Assembly (NCBI GenBank): GCA_023205875.1
Contig: CP060763.1
Span: 1 to 64,000, forward strand
Direction of reading: 5' to 3'
Length of the DNA stretch: 64,000 nt
From: Chloropicon primus
Taxonomy: Eukaryota
Below the pieces are notes generated by a model that made no database searches, was not told the origin of the DNA, and was given only the letters and a program-made list of their open reading frames with translations. Below, in pieces: positions 1 through 9,497 of the stretch (position 1 is the first letter of the stretch; each line of letters begins with the position of its first letter). The translations under genes and the position numbers were made by a program.

Positions 1-570
1 AAACCTAAAACCTAAAACCTAAAACCTAAAACCTAAAACCTAAAACCTAAAACCTAAAACCCAAAACCTAAAACCTAAACCTAAAACCTAAAACCTAAAA
101 CCTAAAACCTAAAACCTAAAACCTAAAACCTAAAACCTAAAACCTAAAACCTAAAACCTAAAACCTAAAACCTAAAACCTAAAACCTAAAACCTAAAACC
201 CAAAACCTAAAACCTAAAACCTAAAACCTAAAACCTAAAACCTAAAACCTAAAACCTAAAACCTAAACCTAAAACCTAAAACCTAAAACCTAAAACCTAA
301 AACCTAAAACCTAAAACCTAAAACCTAAAACCTAAAACCTAAAACCTAAAACCTAAAACCTAAAACCTAAAACCTAAAACCTAAAACCTAAAACCTAAAA
401 CCTAAAACCTAAAACCTAAAACCTAAAACCTAAAACCTAAAACCTAAAACCTAAAACCTAAAACCTAAAACCTAAAACCTAAAACCTAAAACCTAAAACC
501 TAAAACCTAAAACCTAAACCTAAAACCTAAAAACCTAAACCTAAAACCTAAACCTAAAACCTAAAAACCT
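1..570. repeat. Telomeric array (CCTAAAA)n / (TTTTAGG)n; chromosome end
   Basis: Continuous 7-mer AAAACCT from base 1, with occasional CCTAAA and CCCAAAA variants. The C-rich strand is at the 5' end, as expected for a left telomere. Confidence 0.98.
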
Positions 571-648
571 AACAACCTAACAACCTAACAACCTAACAAC
601 CTAACAACCTAACAACCTACAAACCTACAAACCTACAAGCCTAAACCT
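571..648. repeat. Degenerate proximal telomeric variants
   Basis: Six copies of AACAACCT (571-618), two of ACAAACCT, then ACAAGCCT and AAACCT. Confidence 0.9.
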
Positions 649-650
649 AT

Positions 651-1150
651 GGAAGGACGACCTGGCCAAGGAAAGGAGCCGGAGAACAAAAGAAGCCTAA
701 GAGAAAGACACCGTTGCATCATCCAAGCTTGCCGTGGTGCCTCCGAGTCACCGCGTTTCCTAAAGCCTTGGGAGTCCTAAAACCTAACGCCTAAAAGGCC
801 CTCTCGTGGGTCCGAAGTGCCTTGAGTAGGGTTTGCCCGAGGAAGGAAGGAAGGACGACCTGGCCAAGGAAAGGAGCCCGAGAACAAAAGAAGCCTAAGA
901 GAAAGACACCGTCGCATCATCCAACCTTTCCGTGGTGCCTCCGAGTCACCGCGTTTCCTAAAGCCTTGGGAGTCCTAAAACCTAACGCCTAAAAGGCCCT
1001 CTCGTGGGTCCGAAGTGTCTTGAGTAGGGTTTGCCCGAGGAAGAAAGGAAGGACGACTTGGCCAAGGAAAGGAGCCGGAGAACAAAAGAAGCCTAAGAGA
1101 AAGACACCGTCGCATCATCCAAGCTTTCCGTGGTGCCTCCGAGCCACCGC
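651..1150. repeat. Subtelomeric tandem repeat, 198-bp unit, about 2.5 copies
   Basis: GGAAGGACGAC(C/T)TGGCCAAGGAAAGGAGCC starts at 651, 849 and 1047. The two full units contain the telomere-like CCTAAAACCTAACGCCTAAAA. Confidence 0.93.
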
Positions 1151-2291
1151 AGTTTTCCTTCTAGTATAGGTTTTAAGTGTGATCTGGGTTTTAGTCGGCC
1201 CTAAACCAGGTCGCATAAGACGACGGATTCCAGCAGAAGAGTGGATCAGGGTAAGGTTTACGATTGGACCTCGTTATTCTCTGGTGCCCTAGATTGCACT
1301 CCACCCGGAACAGGTCTCTCCATCACGGACTCCATTCACATAACATCATCATCATCCATGGAGGTATGTGGTTTGGGTTTTAGTGGTCCGACAGATGGAC
1401 CTGTACAGGTTCGACGACGACGGGAACATACACCATATTAGAGGAGTATCCAAATATAAAATACAAGCCGCTTCTGACAAAGTTTTACAGCCATCGGACA
1501 CGAACTGGATCCGTCACTCCACTATTCGTACCAAAAAAGTAGGCCCAAAATGGACAATAAAGGCAACAGAATCATATCATACACACCTACATTGCACAAT
1601 CAAGTCAGCATGTACCAAACCAAGAGGATCCAATGCACGAACAACTACCCATAAACACCTCTCCTTGCCTCCTCTCCTCTCCCACTCTCCTGCATTGCCC
1701 CAAGAACACCTCTCCTCTCTCACCCCTCGACGCCGGTGCCCGGACCCAAGCACACATCATCATCTGGGCCCCTCCTCATATTCCATGTCATCGAGCAAAG
1801 CGACTGAGACGAACGCATTCCAATAACCCCAATTGGACCACAGAGACCCCCAAAACACCTCAAAACCAATCATCTGCCTCCCCGATGGTATCCTCGAGCC
1901 CCTCCACAGGCCCCCCATCAGCGCCCCAATGAGGTTCTCCAAGGCTACGCAGGACACAAAAAGTCACAAAAGAACCCGAACACAGAACACATTCCACCCC
2001 TAAAGTCCTCCCTCCTCCCTCTCCTCCCTCCTCCCCCCTCCTCCTCCTCCTCCCTCGCCATGCCATGGTCTCCTTCCTTGAGTCATGCGCATGACTGCTC
2101 TTGACCCTGACCTCGTTTGGTAACGGACGGCGCGTTCTTCGGCTTGTGGGACGCAAGCGACGACGAGGGCGAGGGCGAGGGCGAGGGTCAGGCTACGCTC
2201 GTCGGGTCGGGTCGGCGCGGTGCTTTGTAACGAGGGGCTTGCGGTGCTGAGACCAAACTCAAACCCAGTAAACCAAGGACTTCACGCAAGG

Positions 2292-5200
2292 ATGGGGTTG
2301 GGGAACGGGACGGAGAACAAGGCCCGGAGTCCGGGGTCGGTCGAGATGGAGCCCCCGTCGTCCTCCTCGTTGCCCACCGAGTTGTCCTTCGAGGACGACG
2401 TGGAGAAGGCGGAGTGCGTCCCCTCGTCGGAGGCTCACAAGCTCGTGAGCCTTCGGGAGACCTTCATGCACTTGACGAGGAAGGACGCCTTGCTCCTCGT
2501 GGTGGGAACGATTGCGGCGCTGATGAACGGGGTCGGGGACCCCCTGCTGATCGTGCTCTTCTCCCAGACCCTCTCCAGCATGGTGTTCTCGAGCTTGGAC
2601 GTGATGAGCGGAGCGGCGGCCCCGTCCATGGACGCGATCAACAACCTCGTCCTCACGCTGTTCGGCGTGGGTTGCGCCCTCCTGGTCGTGGGAACGGTGC
2701 AGTACATGTGCTTCACCAGGGTGAGCTCGAGGCTGGCGAGGAGGATGAGGAGGGCCTGGTACGCGGCGCTCATGAGGCAGGACATCTCGTGGTACGACGA
2801 CCCGAAGAACAACCCCGCGGGGCTCGCGGCGAAGATGTCGAGCGCCCTGTTGGCGTACGAGGAGGGCCTCGGGGCGAAGCTCGCGATGGGGATCCAGTTC
2901 TTCTCCGCCTTCCTCGCTTCGATCATCGTGGCCTTGCTGTGGAACTTTTACATCACCCTGATCACCATCGCCCTCATGCCGTTCATCGCGGTAAGCATCA
3001 CGTGGCTCGTGAAGTTGAACAACCAGCAGGCGGAGGTCAAGGACAGGGCGTACTCCAAGGCGGACGCCGTGGCGCACGGGACCTTCTCGGGCCTCAAGAC
3101 CGTGCTCTCCCTCGGAGCATGGAAGCACATGCAGGCAAAGTACGACAGGGCGGTGAGGGAGGCCAGGGACGGGGGGGTCGTCACCTCCCTCAAGCTCGGG
3201 ATGGCGAACGGTGCCATGCTCGCGAGCTTCAACATCACCTTCATGGTGATCGGTCTGTTCTCCGGCTGGGCCCTGCGCAAGGGGGTGGTGGAGACGGGGT
3301 GCGATCCCGCGGACAGCAAGGCGTTTCCGGACTTTCTCGAGGCGTTCAGCATCCCCTGCGACGCCTTGTTTCCCACGGGCAGTTTCAGCGATGGGTTCGG
3401 GGGAACCTCCATCTTCATCGCCATGTGCTGCGTCGCCCAGTCCGGGCAGTTCGCCGGCAGCGTCAGCAGGGCGGTGGAGACGTTCGTGCGGGCGAGGCAG
3501 GCCATCAGGGACGCCGTGGACGTCATCAAGAGGAAGCCGGAGATCAACCACGAGGACGAGACGGGCCTCAAGCCGGAGAAAGTGGAGGGACACATCGTTT
3601 TCGATGGCGTGCACTTCTCTTACCCGACGAGGCCGGGCATCAAGGTGTGCGAGAACATGTGCCTGGACCTCGAGCCCGGCACGACCCTGGCTCTCGTCGG
3701 GGCCTCGGGAAGCGGCAAGTCCACCGTGGTGCAACTGATGCAGAGGTTCTACGACCCCTCGCGGGGTCGCGTCCTGCTGGACGGCAACGACATCAAGGAC
3801 CTGAGCGTGAGGTGGCTGAGGCAGAACATCGGGCTCGTGGGTCAGGAGCCCGTCCTGTTCGGCCGCCTCACGATCGCCGAGAACATCGCTCTTGGGGTCA
3901 AGTCCGCGGGGAGGGAGGTCACCCAGGCCGAGATCGAGGAGGCCGCCAAGATGGCCAACGCTCACGGCTTCATCATGGACTTCAAGGACGGGTACCAGAC
4001 CGATGTTGGCTTTGGAGGCTCCCAGCTGAGCGGCGGCCAGAAGCAGAGGATCGCGATCGCGAGGGCCCTGATCCAGAAGCCCCGGATCTTGCTCCTGGAC
4101 GAGGCCACCTCCGCCCTGGACAACAAGAGCGAGAAGGTTGTTCAGGAGACCCTGGACAAGCTTCTCGAGTCGGGAAACAACAGGACCACCATTGTCATTG
4201 CCCACAGGCTCTCCACCATCAGGACCGCGGACGTCATCTGTTACGTGCAGCAAGGGGAGGTCGTCGAGAAGGGGTCTCACGAGGACTTGATGCGGATCCC
4301 AAAGGGTCGCTACCGTGCCCTGGTGGAGGAGCAGGACAAGAAGAAGAAGGCCGTGACCTTCGACAGGTCGAGCAATTTCGTTTCGAGGTACTTCTCGAAG
4401 AATGGTCTCGGGGGGCTGTGTTTGAGCGCGGACGCCCCGCTCGAGAGGGACGATTCCATGGGAGAGACCATCAAGAAGCTGACGTCCAAGGAGAAGGGGA
4501 ACGCGGAAAAGTTGTGGAGATCTGACGACGTCTCGGGCAGGACGATGATGATGCAAAGGACGATGGGCAGCGGTAGCCTCGCGGGTGCGCTGGGTGAATT
4601 GCACGCCAGCAGTTACAACAAGAGGATCTCCGGCAGCACCCACATGGTGCTTAACCCGACGGAGGCCAGGATGGGACTGCACTCCGCGATTCACACCCTG
4701 AATTCGGTGGGCCACATCCCGATGCTCGGCATTGTCGCCGACCCCCCCGATGTTGGTGGATCCCCGACGCGCAGGCTTGGAACCCTGCGGTTCACCTTCC
4801 GGTCCCCCTCCTTGCGGGCGGCCCAGGAGGCGGAGGAAGGCGCGAAGAAGGTCCCCTGGTCCAGAATAGCCGCCCTGAACAAGCCAGACACCTGGTACTT
4901 GGTGCTTGGCGTCTTCAGCGGGGCCTTGGTCGGGTCCGTGTTTCCCGCGTGGGGGTACATCTTCGCCTCGATGATCTCCACCTTTTTCCTTCCGGTGCTC
5001 AAGTGCAACGACGAGACATCCCCCCTCTCCAGCGGCTTGCCGCCGGGTGCCATTCCCCCCGCGCTCGGCGGGCCGTTCGACACATGCGAGGAGTACCTGA
5101 ACACCAAGGGCGACCAGATCTGGGACAAGCTCGTGGAGAATTCTTACCTTTGGCTGGCCCTGGCGGTGGTCTCATTCGGTTCCAGCACGGGCATGTTCTA

Positions 5201-6752
5201 CGGATTCGGGGCGGCTTCCGAGAACCTTGCCTACCGGGTCAGGAACATGATGTTCGGCGCCTACCTCAGGCAGGAGCCCGGGTTCTTCGACATGCCAGAG
5301 AACGCGGTGGGCGCGGTCACCAGCAGGCTGGCGAATGACGCCACCAAGCTCAAGGCCAAGACAGGGGAGCCCATGCAGCAGGTCGTGATCACCTTCTTTG
5401 GATTGCTTCTTGGGCTCCTTCTCTCGTTCGTGTACGCGTGGATGGTGGCCCTCGTGGCCCTGGGCGCCCTGCCCTTTCTCGGTTTCGCGATGGCGATGCA
5501 GACCTCCTACATGTTCGAGGGCGGCAAGGGGGAGGGCGGGGACTCCGACCTCAGTGCCGTGGCCGGCGAGAGTCTCACCGCCATGCGCACGGTGGGGGCC
5601 CTCGGCCTCGAGCCCCACTTCACGGAGGAGTACGACGCCATGGTGGCGGGAGAGGCCAATGAGACCGGTTTCCTTGGCCTGATGAAGAAGGGCCTCGTCT
5701 TTGGCTTCAGTAACGGCCTGCAGATGTGGACGTTTTGCCTGCTCCTTTGGTTTGGGGGGTATTGCATCACTTACGAGGGCCTGACTTACGAGGACTTTGC
5801 CATCTCGATGCTCAGCTTTTTTTTCGGGCTCTGCGGGCTTTCCCTTGCCGCGACCGGTCTCACCGACTCCAAGGAGGCCGTGCAGGCCATGGGCAACATC
5901 TTCGCAGTTCTGGACAGGCAGACGAGAATAGACCCGATGGAAAAGTCTGGCAGCAAGCCCAAGGAGGGGGCCCGGGGCGCCGTGTCCCTGAACAGGGTGC
6001 AGTTCACTTACCCCGCGAGGCCGGACAGCGTGGTGTGCAAAGCTCTGACGATTCGCGTCAAGCCCGGCCAGAAGGTCGGTCTCGTGGGCCCCAGCGGATC
6101 GGGCAAGTCCACCACGATCCAGATGATCGAAAGGTTCTACGATCCGGATGACGGCAAGGTTAGTTTCGACAAGAGGGACGTGAGGAAGCTCAACTACGGG
6201 TGGCTGCACAACCACATCGCCCTCGTCGGGCAGGAGCCTGTTCTCTTCGGCTCGCACTCGATCGCGGAGAACATTGCCATGGGGTACAACAACAGGCTCG
6301 GGGTCAGGGGAGCCCGGTGTCCGATGGATGAGATCGTCAAGGCGGCGACCCTCGCGAACGCTCACGACTTTATCCAGGACCTTCCCTTCGGTTACGACAC
6401 CCAGTTGGGAGCGGGGGGAACCCTCCTGAGCGGGGGGCAGAAGCAAAGGATAGCGATCGCGAGGGCCCTGATCCAGAAGCCCAAGGTGCTGCTGTTGGAC
6501 GAGGCCACCTCCGCCCTGGACACCGCCAGCGAGGCCGTCGTGCAGAAGACTCTCGACAGGCTCATCATGGAGTGCGAGATGACGACCGTGGTCATCGCTC
6601 ACCGGCTCTCCACGGTGAGGAACATGGACGTCATCTTCGTCGTGGACGAGGGCAAGGTCGTGGAGTCCGGCAGCCACGACGACCTCATCAAGTTGAGGGG
6701 GCTGTACCACGCCCTCGTCCAGTCCTCCGGCAGCGACGGGGACCAGAAGTGA
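2292..6752 (+). CDS. Full-size ABCB (MDR/P-glycoprotein) transporter, intronless
   Basis: TMD-NBD-TMD-NBD layout. Walker A motifs GASGSGKS and GPSGSGKS, LSGGQKQRIAIARAL twice, LLLDEATSALD twice, IAHRLST. First ATG at 2292. Confidence 0.95.
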   Translation: MGLGNGTENKARSPGSVEMEPPSSSSLPTELSFEDDVEKAECVPSSEAHKLVSLRETFMHLTRKDALLLVVGTIAALMNGVGDPLLIVLFSQTLSSMVFSSLDVMSGAAAPSMDAINNLVLTLFGVGCALLVVGTVQYMCFTRVSSRLARRMRRAWYAALMRQDISWYDDPKNNPAGLAAKMSSALLAYEEGLGAKLAMGIQFFSAFLASIIVALLWNFYITLITIALMPFIAVSITWLVKLNNQQAEVKDRAYSKADAVAHGTFSGLKTVLSLGAWKHMQAKYDRAVREARDGGVVTSLKLGMANGAMLASFNITFMVIGLFSGWALRKGVVETGCDPADSKAFPDFLEAFSIPCDALFPTGSFSDGFGGTSIFIAMCCVAQSGQFAGSVSRAVETFVRARQAIRDAVDVIKRKPEINHEDETGLKPEKVEGHIVFDGVHFSYPTRPGIKVCENMCLDLEPGTTLALVGASGSGKSTVVQLMQRFYDPSRGRVLLDGNDIKDLSVRWLRQNIGLVGQEPVLFGRLTIAENIALGVKSAGREVTQAEIEEAAKMANAHGFIMDFKDGYQTDVGFGGSQLSGGQKQRIAIARALIQKPRILLLDEATSALDNKSEKVVQETLDKLLESGNNRTTIVIAHRLSTIRTADVICYVQQGEVVEKGSHEDLMRIPKGRYRALVEEQDKKKKAVTFDRSSNFVSRYFSKNGLGGLCLSADAPLERDDSMGETIKKLTSKEKGNAEKLWRSDDVSGRTMMMQRTMGSGSLAGALGELHASSYNKRISGSTHMVLNPTEARMGLHSAIHTLNSVGHIPMLGIVADPPDVGGSPTRRLGTLRFTFRSPSLRAAQEAEEGAKKVPWSRIAALNKPDTWYLVLGVFSGALVGSVFPAWGYIFASMISTFFLPVLKCNDETSPLSSGLPPGAIPPALGGPFDTCEEYLNTKGDQIWDKLVENSYLWLALAVVSFGSSTGMFYGFGAASENLAYRVRNMMFGAYLRQEPGFFDMPENAVGAVTSRLANDATKLKAKTGEPMQQVVITFFGLLLGLLLSFVYAWMVALVALGALPFLGFAMAMQTSYMFEGGKGEGGDSDLSAVAGESLTAMRTVGALGLEPHFTEEYDAMVAGEANETGFLGLMKKGLVFGFSNGLQMWTFCLLLWFGGYCITYEGLTYEDFAISMLSFFFGLCGLSLAATGLTDSKEAVQAMGNIFAVLDRQTRIDPMEKSGSKPKEGARGAVSLNRVQFTYPARPDSVVCKALTIRVKPGQKVGLVGPSGSGKSTTIQMIERFYDPDDGKVSFDKRDVRKLNYGWLHNHIALVGQEPVLFGSHSIAENIAMGYNNRLGVRGARCPMDEIVKAATLANAHDFIQDLPFGYDTQLGAGGTLLSGGQKQRIAIARALIQKPKVLLLDEATSALDTASEAVVQKTLDRLIMECEMTTVVIAHRLSTVRNMDVIFVVDEGKVVESGSHDDLIKLRGLYHALVQSSGSDGDQK

Positions 6753-6840
6753 AGTGAAGTGAAGTGAAGAGAAGTGAGGAGGAGGTCCTTTTCGAGAGAT
6801 AGTTCAACATCATTTTTTAACAATCCATCACGTCATCCTA

Positions 6841-7452
6841 TCACCCACCCACCGCTGTCTGCTCGCTTCCGGAACTCCCCTCGTCCTCCTTGTGGCTACC
6901 GTACTCGGCCGCATAGTCCTCCCTCAAGCCACTCGCCTGGAGCTGGGCGTTCACCACCTCGATAGCCGCGCTCAGGGCCTCCCTGAACCTCCTCTGTGCG
7001 TTCCTCAGCGCGGGGGTCGGCATTCCTGAGAAGCACTTGAGCGCCTCCTCGCGTCTCCCCTCCTCCTCCTCCTCCTCCTCCACCAGTACACACCTCCTCC
7101 CCATCCCGCGCCCTCCCTCCATCTTCACTCTCACCGGCGTCGTGGTCGTCGTCCTCGTCCGCAGGGCCAAGGCGCCGTCGTTGTACCTGTGCGCTCCGTA
7201 GAGAGACGACGCCATCCCACCGGAAGACAACTTGCACGACACCAGTGCCTCCCTCGCTACCCTCAACGCAGACTCCAATCCCTTCTCCTTGTCCTGTTCC
7301 TTGTCCTGTTCCTGTCCTCGTCCTTGTTTGTCGGCAAGGTGAGCGGAAGAAGAGGAGGAGGAGGTCCCTCGTGATGCGAGGATGCGGTCATTAGCGAGGA
7401 GGCACCGCACCAGCCTCTCCTCCCTCGTCCTCGCCTCCTTCTGGCTCGGCAT
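6841..7452 (-). CDS. Probable CCDC115/Vma22-like V-ATPase assembly factor
   Basis: The C-terminal ALKCFSGMPTPALRNAQRRFREALSAAIEVVNAQ resembles the conserved Vma22/CCDC115 C-terminal motif. ATG at 7452. Confidence 0.55.
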   Translation of the reverse strand: MPSQKEARTREERLVRCLLANDRILASRGTSSSSSSAHLADKQGRGQEQDKEQDKEKGLESALRVAREALVSCKLSSGGMASSLYGAHRYNDGALALRTRTTTTTPVRVKMEGGRGMGRRCVLVEEEEEEEGRREEALKCFSGMPTPALRNAQRRFREALSAAIEVVNAQLQASGLREDYAAEYGSHKEDEGSSGSEQTAVGG

Positions 7453-7953
7453 CCTCTTCACTCCGCCTCGGCGCCTCGGCTGGCGAATCCCTTCTTCTCC
7501 TGGGGAACCAGGCGCCCTCGGCTCCTGATGTAACGCTTGAGGCGGAGGAGGAGGAGCTTGAGGAGGGGAGGGAAGCAAGGCACAATCAAGAATCAATCAA
7601 GAATAACAAGAAAGGCATCTCCCTCTGCCTCCCTTGCTCTCCCTTGCTCTCTCTCTCTGTCTGGCGATCCACTGATCACCTGCTTGCTGCACAGGTACCG
7701 GGCCGGGGAGACTGAGAAGCTGGTTGTGGGAGGGAAGCAAGGCACGACCGAGAATGACAAGCAAGGCATCTCTCTCTCCCTCTGTCTCCCTCTGCCTGGC
7801 ACTCCACTTGATCAGTGGGGTGGGGATCACCTTCACCGCCGGGCTGGGGACCGCCGAGGGAGACTGACTGAGAAGCTGGTTGTGGGAGGGGACGGATGGC
7901 AATAATAAGTGAAGGATGTATGAAATAATGTTAAGTTAGGGTCCGGAACCGCC

Positions 7954-8766
7954 TCATCCCAAAGAATGTCTCATGATCTTGGCACCGCCCTTGAGGACGT
8001 GAGCCCCGACCTTGGCTTCGCCTCGGCCAATGGCCCTCTCGAGGTCGTTCCCGCTCACTGCGCCCTTGATCGCAGTCTGGACGCCGCGGCCAACGCCGTG
8101 CGCACCCGCCCGGGCAATGTCCTCGCCCGCGTGGAAGACGCGTGGGTGGAAGTTCTGAAGCTTCCGCCCGAAGGGAGTCGCGGCCCTCATCAGGTTCAAG
8201 CCTCCCCTCGCCACGTTGGAGCCAAGCTTGAACTCGGCCTGCCCGAGGCCCCTCTCGAAAGGGTTGCCATCGACCAATCCTTTCAACCCGGTGGCGATGC
8301 CGCGGGCCGCGCCGTGAGCTCCGAAGTTCGCGATGTTCCCGCCCGCCTGGAAGACGTTGGGGTGCCAGCCGCCCAAGAGCTGACGGCCGGCCAGCTCGGC
8401 GTCCTCGTCGACCACCTCCTGGAGCTTGCGCCCGAAGGGAGAGAGCTCGTGGGAGAGCTCGTAAGCGGCGCCGATCTGCTTGTCGACCCCGTTCTTGAAC
8501 TCTGCCTTCCCAATTTCATACTCCAAAGGATTCTGGTCCACCACGCCCTTCAGTCCGGTCGCGATTCCCTTGGCCGCGACCTCCTGCCCGTACTTGGCGA
8601 GCTCCGCCTCATCGTGCCAGCCGTGACGGACGAGGTCATTCGCGACCACTGCATCGGCGTGCGCGCTGGCGGATTTGGCGGACACCCCGAGGAGGAGCAT
8701 CACTCCGAGAACAATCGCCTTGACGTTCTTCGACATGCCTCTGGTTTCGGAACCCAACATGATCAT
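7954..8766 (-). CDS. Secreted multi-module peptide precursor (three homologous Gly/Ala-rich units of about 65 aa)
   Basis: Hydrophobic signal ending in SASA-H. Three units share ARGIATGLKG.V.GN.LE..IG.AE.K.G and are separated by RKLQ/RQLL. Confidence 0.8.
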   Translation of the reverse strand: MIMLGSETRGMSKNVKAIVLGVMLLLGVSAKSASAHADAVVANDLVRHGWHDEAELAKYGQEVAAKGIATGLKGVVDQNPLEYEIGKAEFKNGVDKQIGAAYELSHELSPFGRKLQEVVDEDAELAGRQLLGGWHPNVFQAGGNIANFGAHGAARGIATGLKGLVDGNPFERGLGQAEFKLGSNVARGGLNLMRAATPFGRKLQNFHPRVFHAGEDIARAGAHGVGRGVQTAIKGAVSGNDLERAIGRGEAKVGAHVLKGGAKIMRHSLG

Positions 8767-8881
8767 CTTGCTCGCTCGGTGTTCGCTGTCGTTGTTGTTT
8801 GTGGTGATAATCTTTAACGGTTTTGTTCTTGTTCGACGTCGATCAGTCTTCTTCTGGCCGAAAAAGGAAAGGAGGATGGTC

Positions 8882-8888
8882 TTATATA
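8882..8888 (-). promoter_or_regulatory. Candidate TATA box of the 8766 precursor gene
   Basis: TATATAA on the minus strand about 115 nt upstream of the ATG, in otherwise GC-rich DNA. Confidence 0.45.
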
Positions 8889-9234
8889 CCCCTCTGACAG
8901 ACGAGTGACTTTTTGGCGGTGGTCTCCCTCCTCACGGGTCACTCTTTCGGTCACCTTTCCTTGGAGAGGAGACAACACCATCTCCTCCTCTCCCCTCTTT
9001 GATCACCAACATCACGAAATCCAAATGCAGCAGCATGCGTGATCACGTGTCCCCGAGATGGAGATGGGGACGCGCTTGCTTCATTCATGTGTGAGACCAT
9101 CCGTGTGCCGCGGCGCACACAAGAAAGAGAACGCAGGAGGCGACCCACCCACGCACCAATCCATTCAATTACGAAACGCAAAACTCGAAGAAACGAAAAC
9201 TCGTCCAACTCAGGAAGGAAGCGAAGCAGGAGCG

Positions 9235-9414
9235 ATGTTCAAGACACAGTTCGTATCGGTTGCGATGGCCGGGGTGGGATTGCTGCTGGTTTTGGGGTTG
9301 GCCGCGAGCAAGGTGAGCGCCCACACGGAGGAGGCTGACGTTGCTGGGCGACAGGCGTTGGAGTCCTCCGCTCTGGGTTTCGCGATTTTGGGTTTCGCGA
9401 TGATGTCAACGTGA
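9235..9414 (+). CDS. Small secreted prepropeptide (59 aa), related to the 7954-8766 precursor
   Basis: MFKTQFVSVAMAGVGLLLVLGLAASKVSA-HTEEADVAGRQALE...: signal peptide followed by an acidic pro-segment. Confidence 0.55.
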   Translation: MFKTQFVSVAMAGVGLLLVLGLAASKVSAHTEEADVAGRQALESSALGFAILGFAMMST

Positions 9415-9497
9415 GCAGCTAGAGCTCGTTGTATAATACTCGCCAAATCGTTATTCTAAAAAATTTACCAAGCATTTTACCACCGCCTTCCTCCTCC

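Noticed and set aside
1241..2156. Short subtelomeric ORFs as genes or retroelement remnants
   Set aside because: No recognisable RT, gag or transposase motifs, and codon usage is atypical.
2259..6710. Long antisense or alternate-frame ORFs (818, 703 and 512 aa here; similarly 830, 712, 658, 869, 737 and 744 aa elsewhere)
   Set aside because: They are shadows of GC3-rich real genes, with no domain motifs and biased composition.
2292..9414. Bacteriocin-type peptide plus dedicated ABC exporter
   Set aside because: The transporter has no C39 peptidase domain, and the peptides have Sec signals rather than double-Gly leaders.
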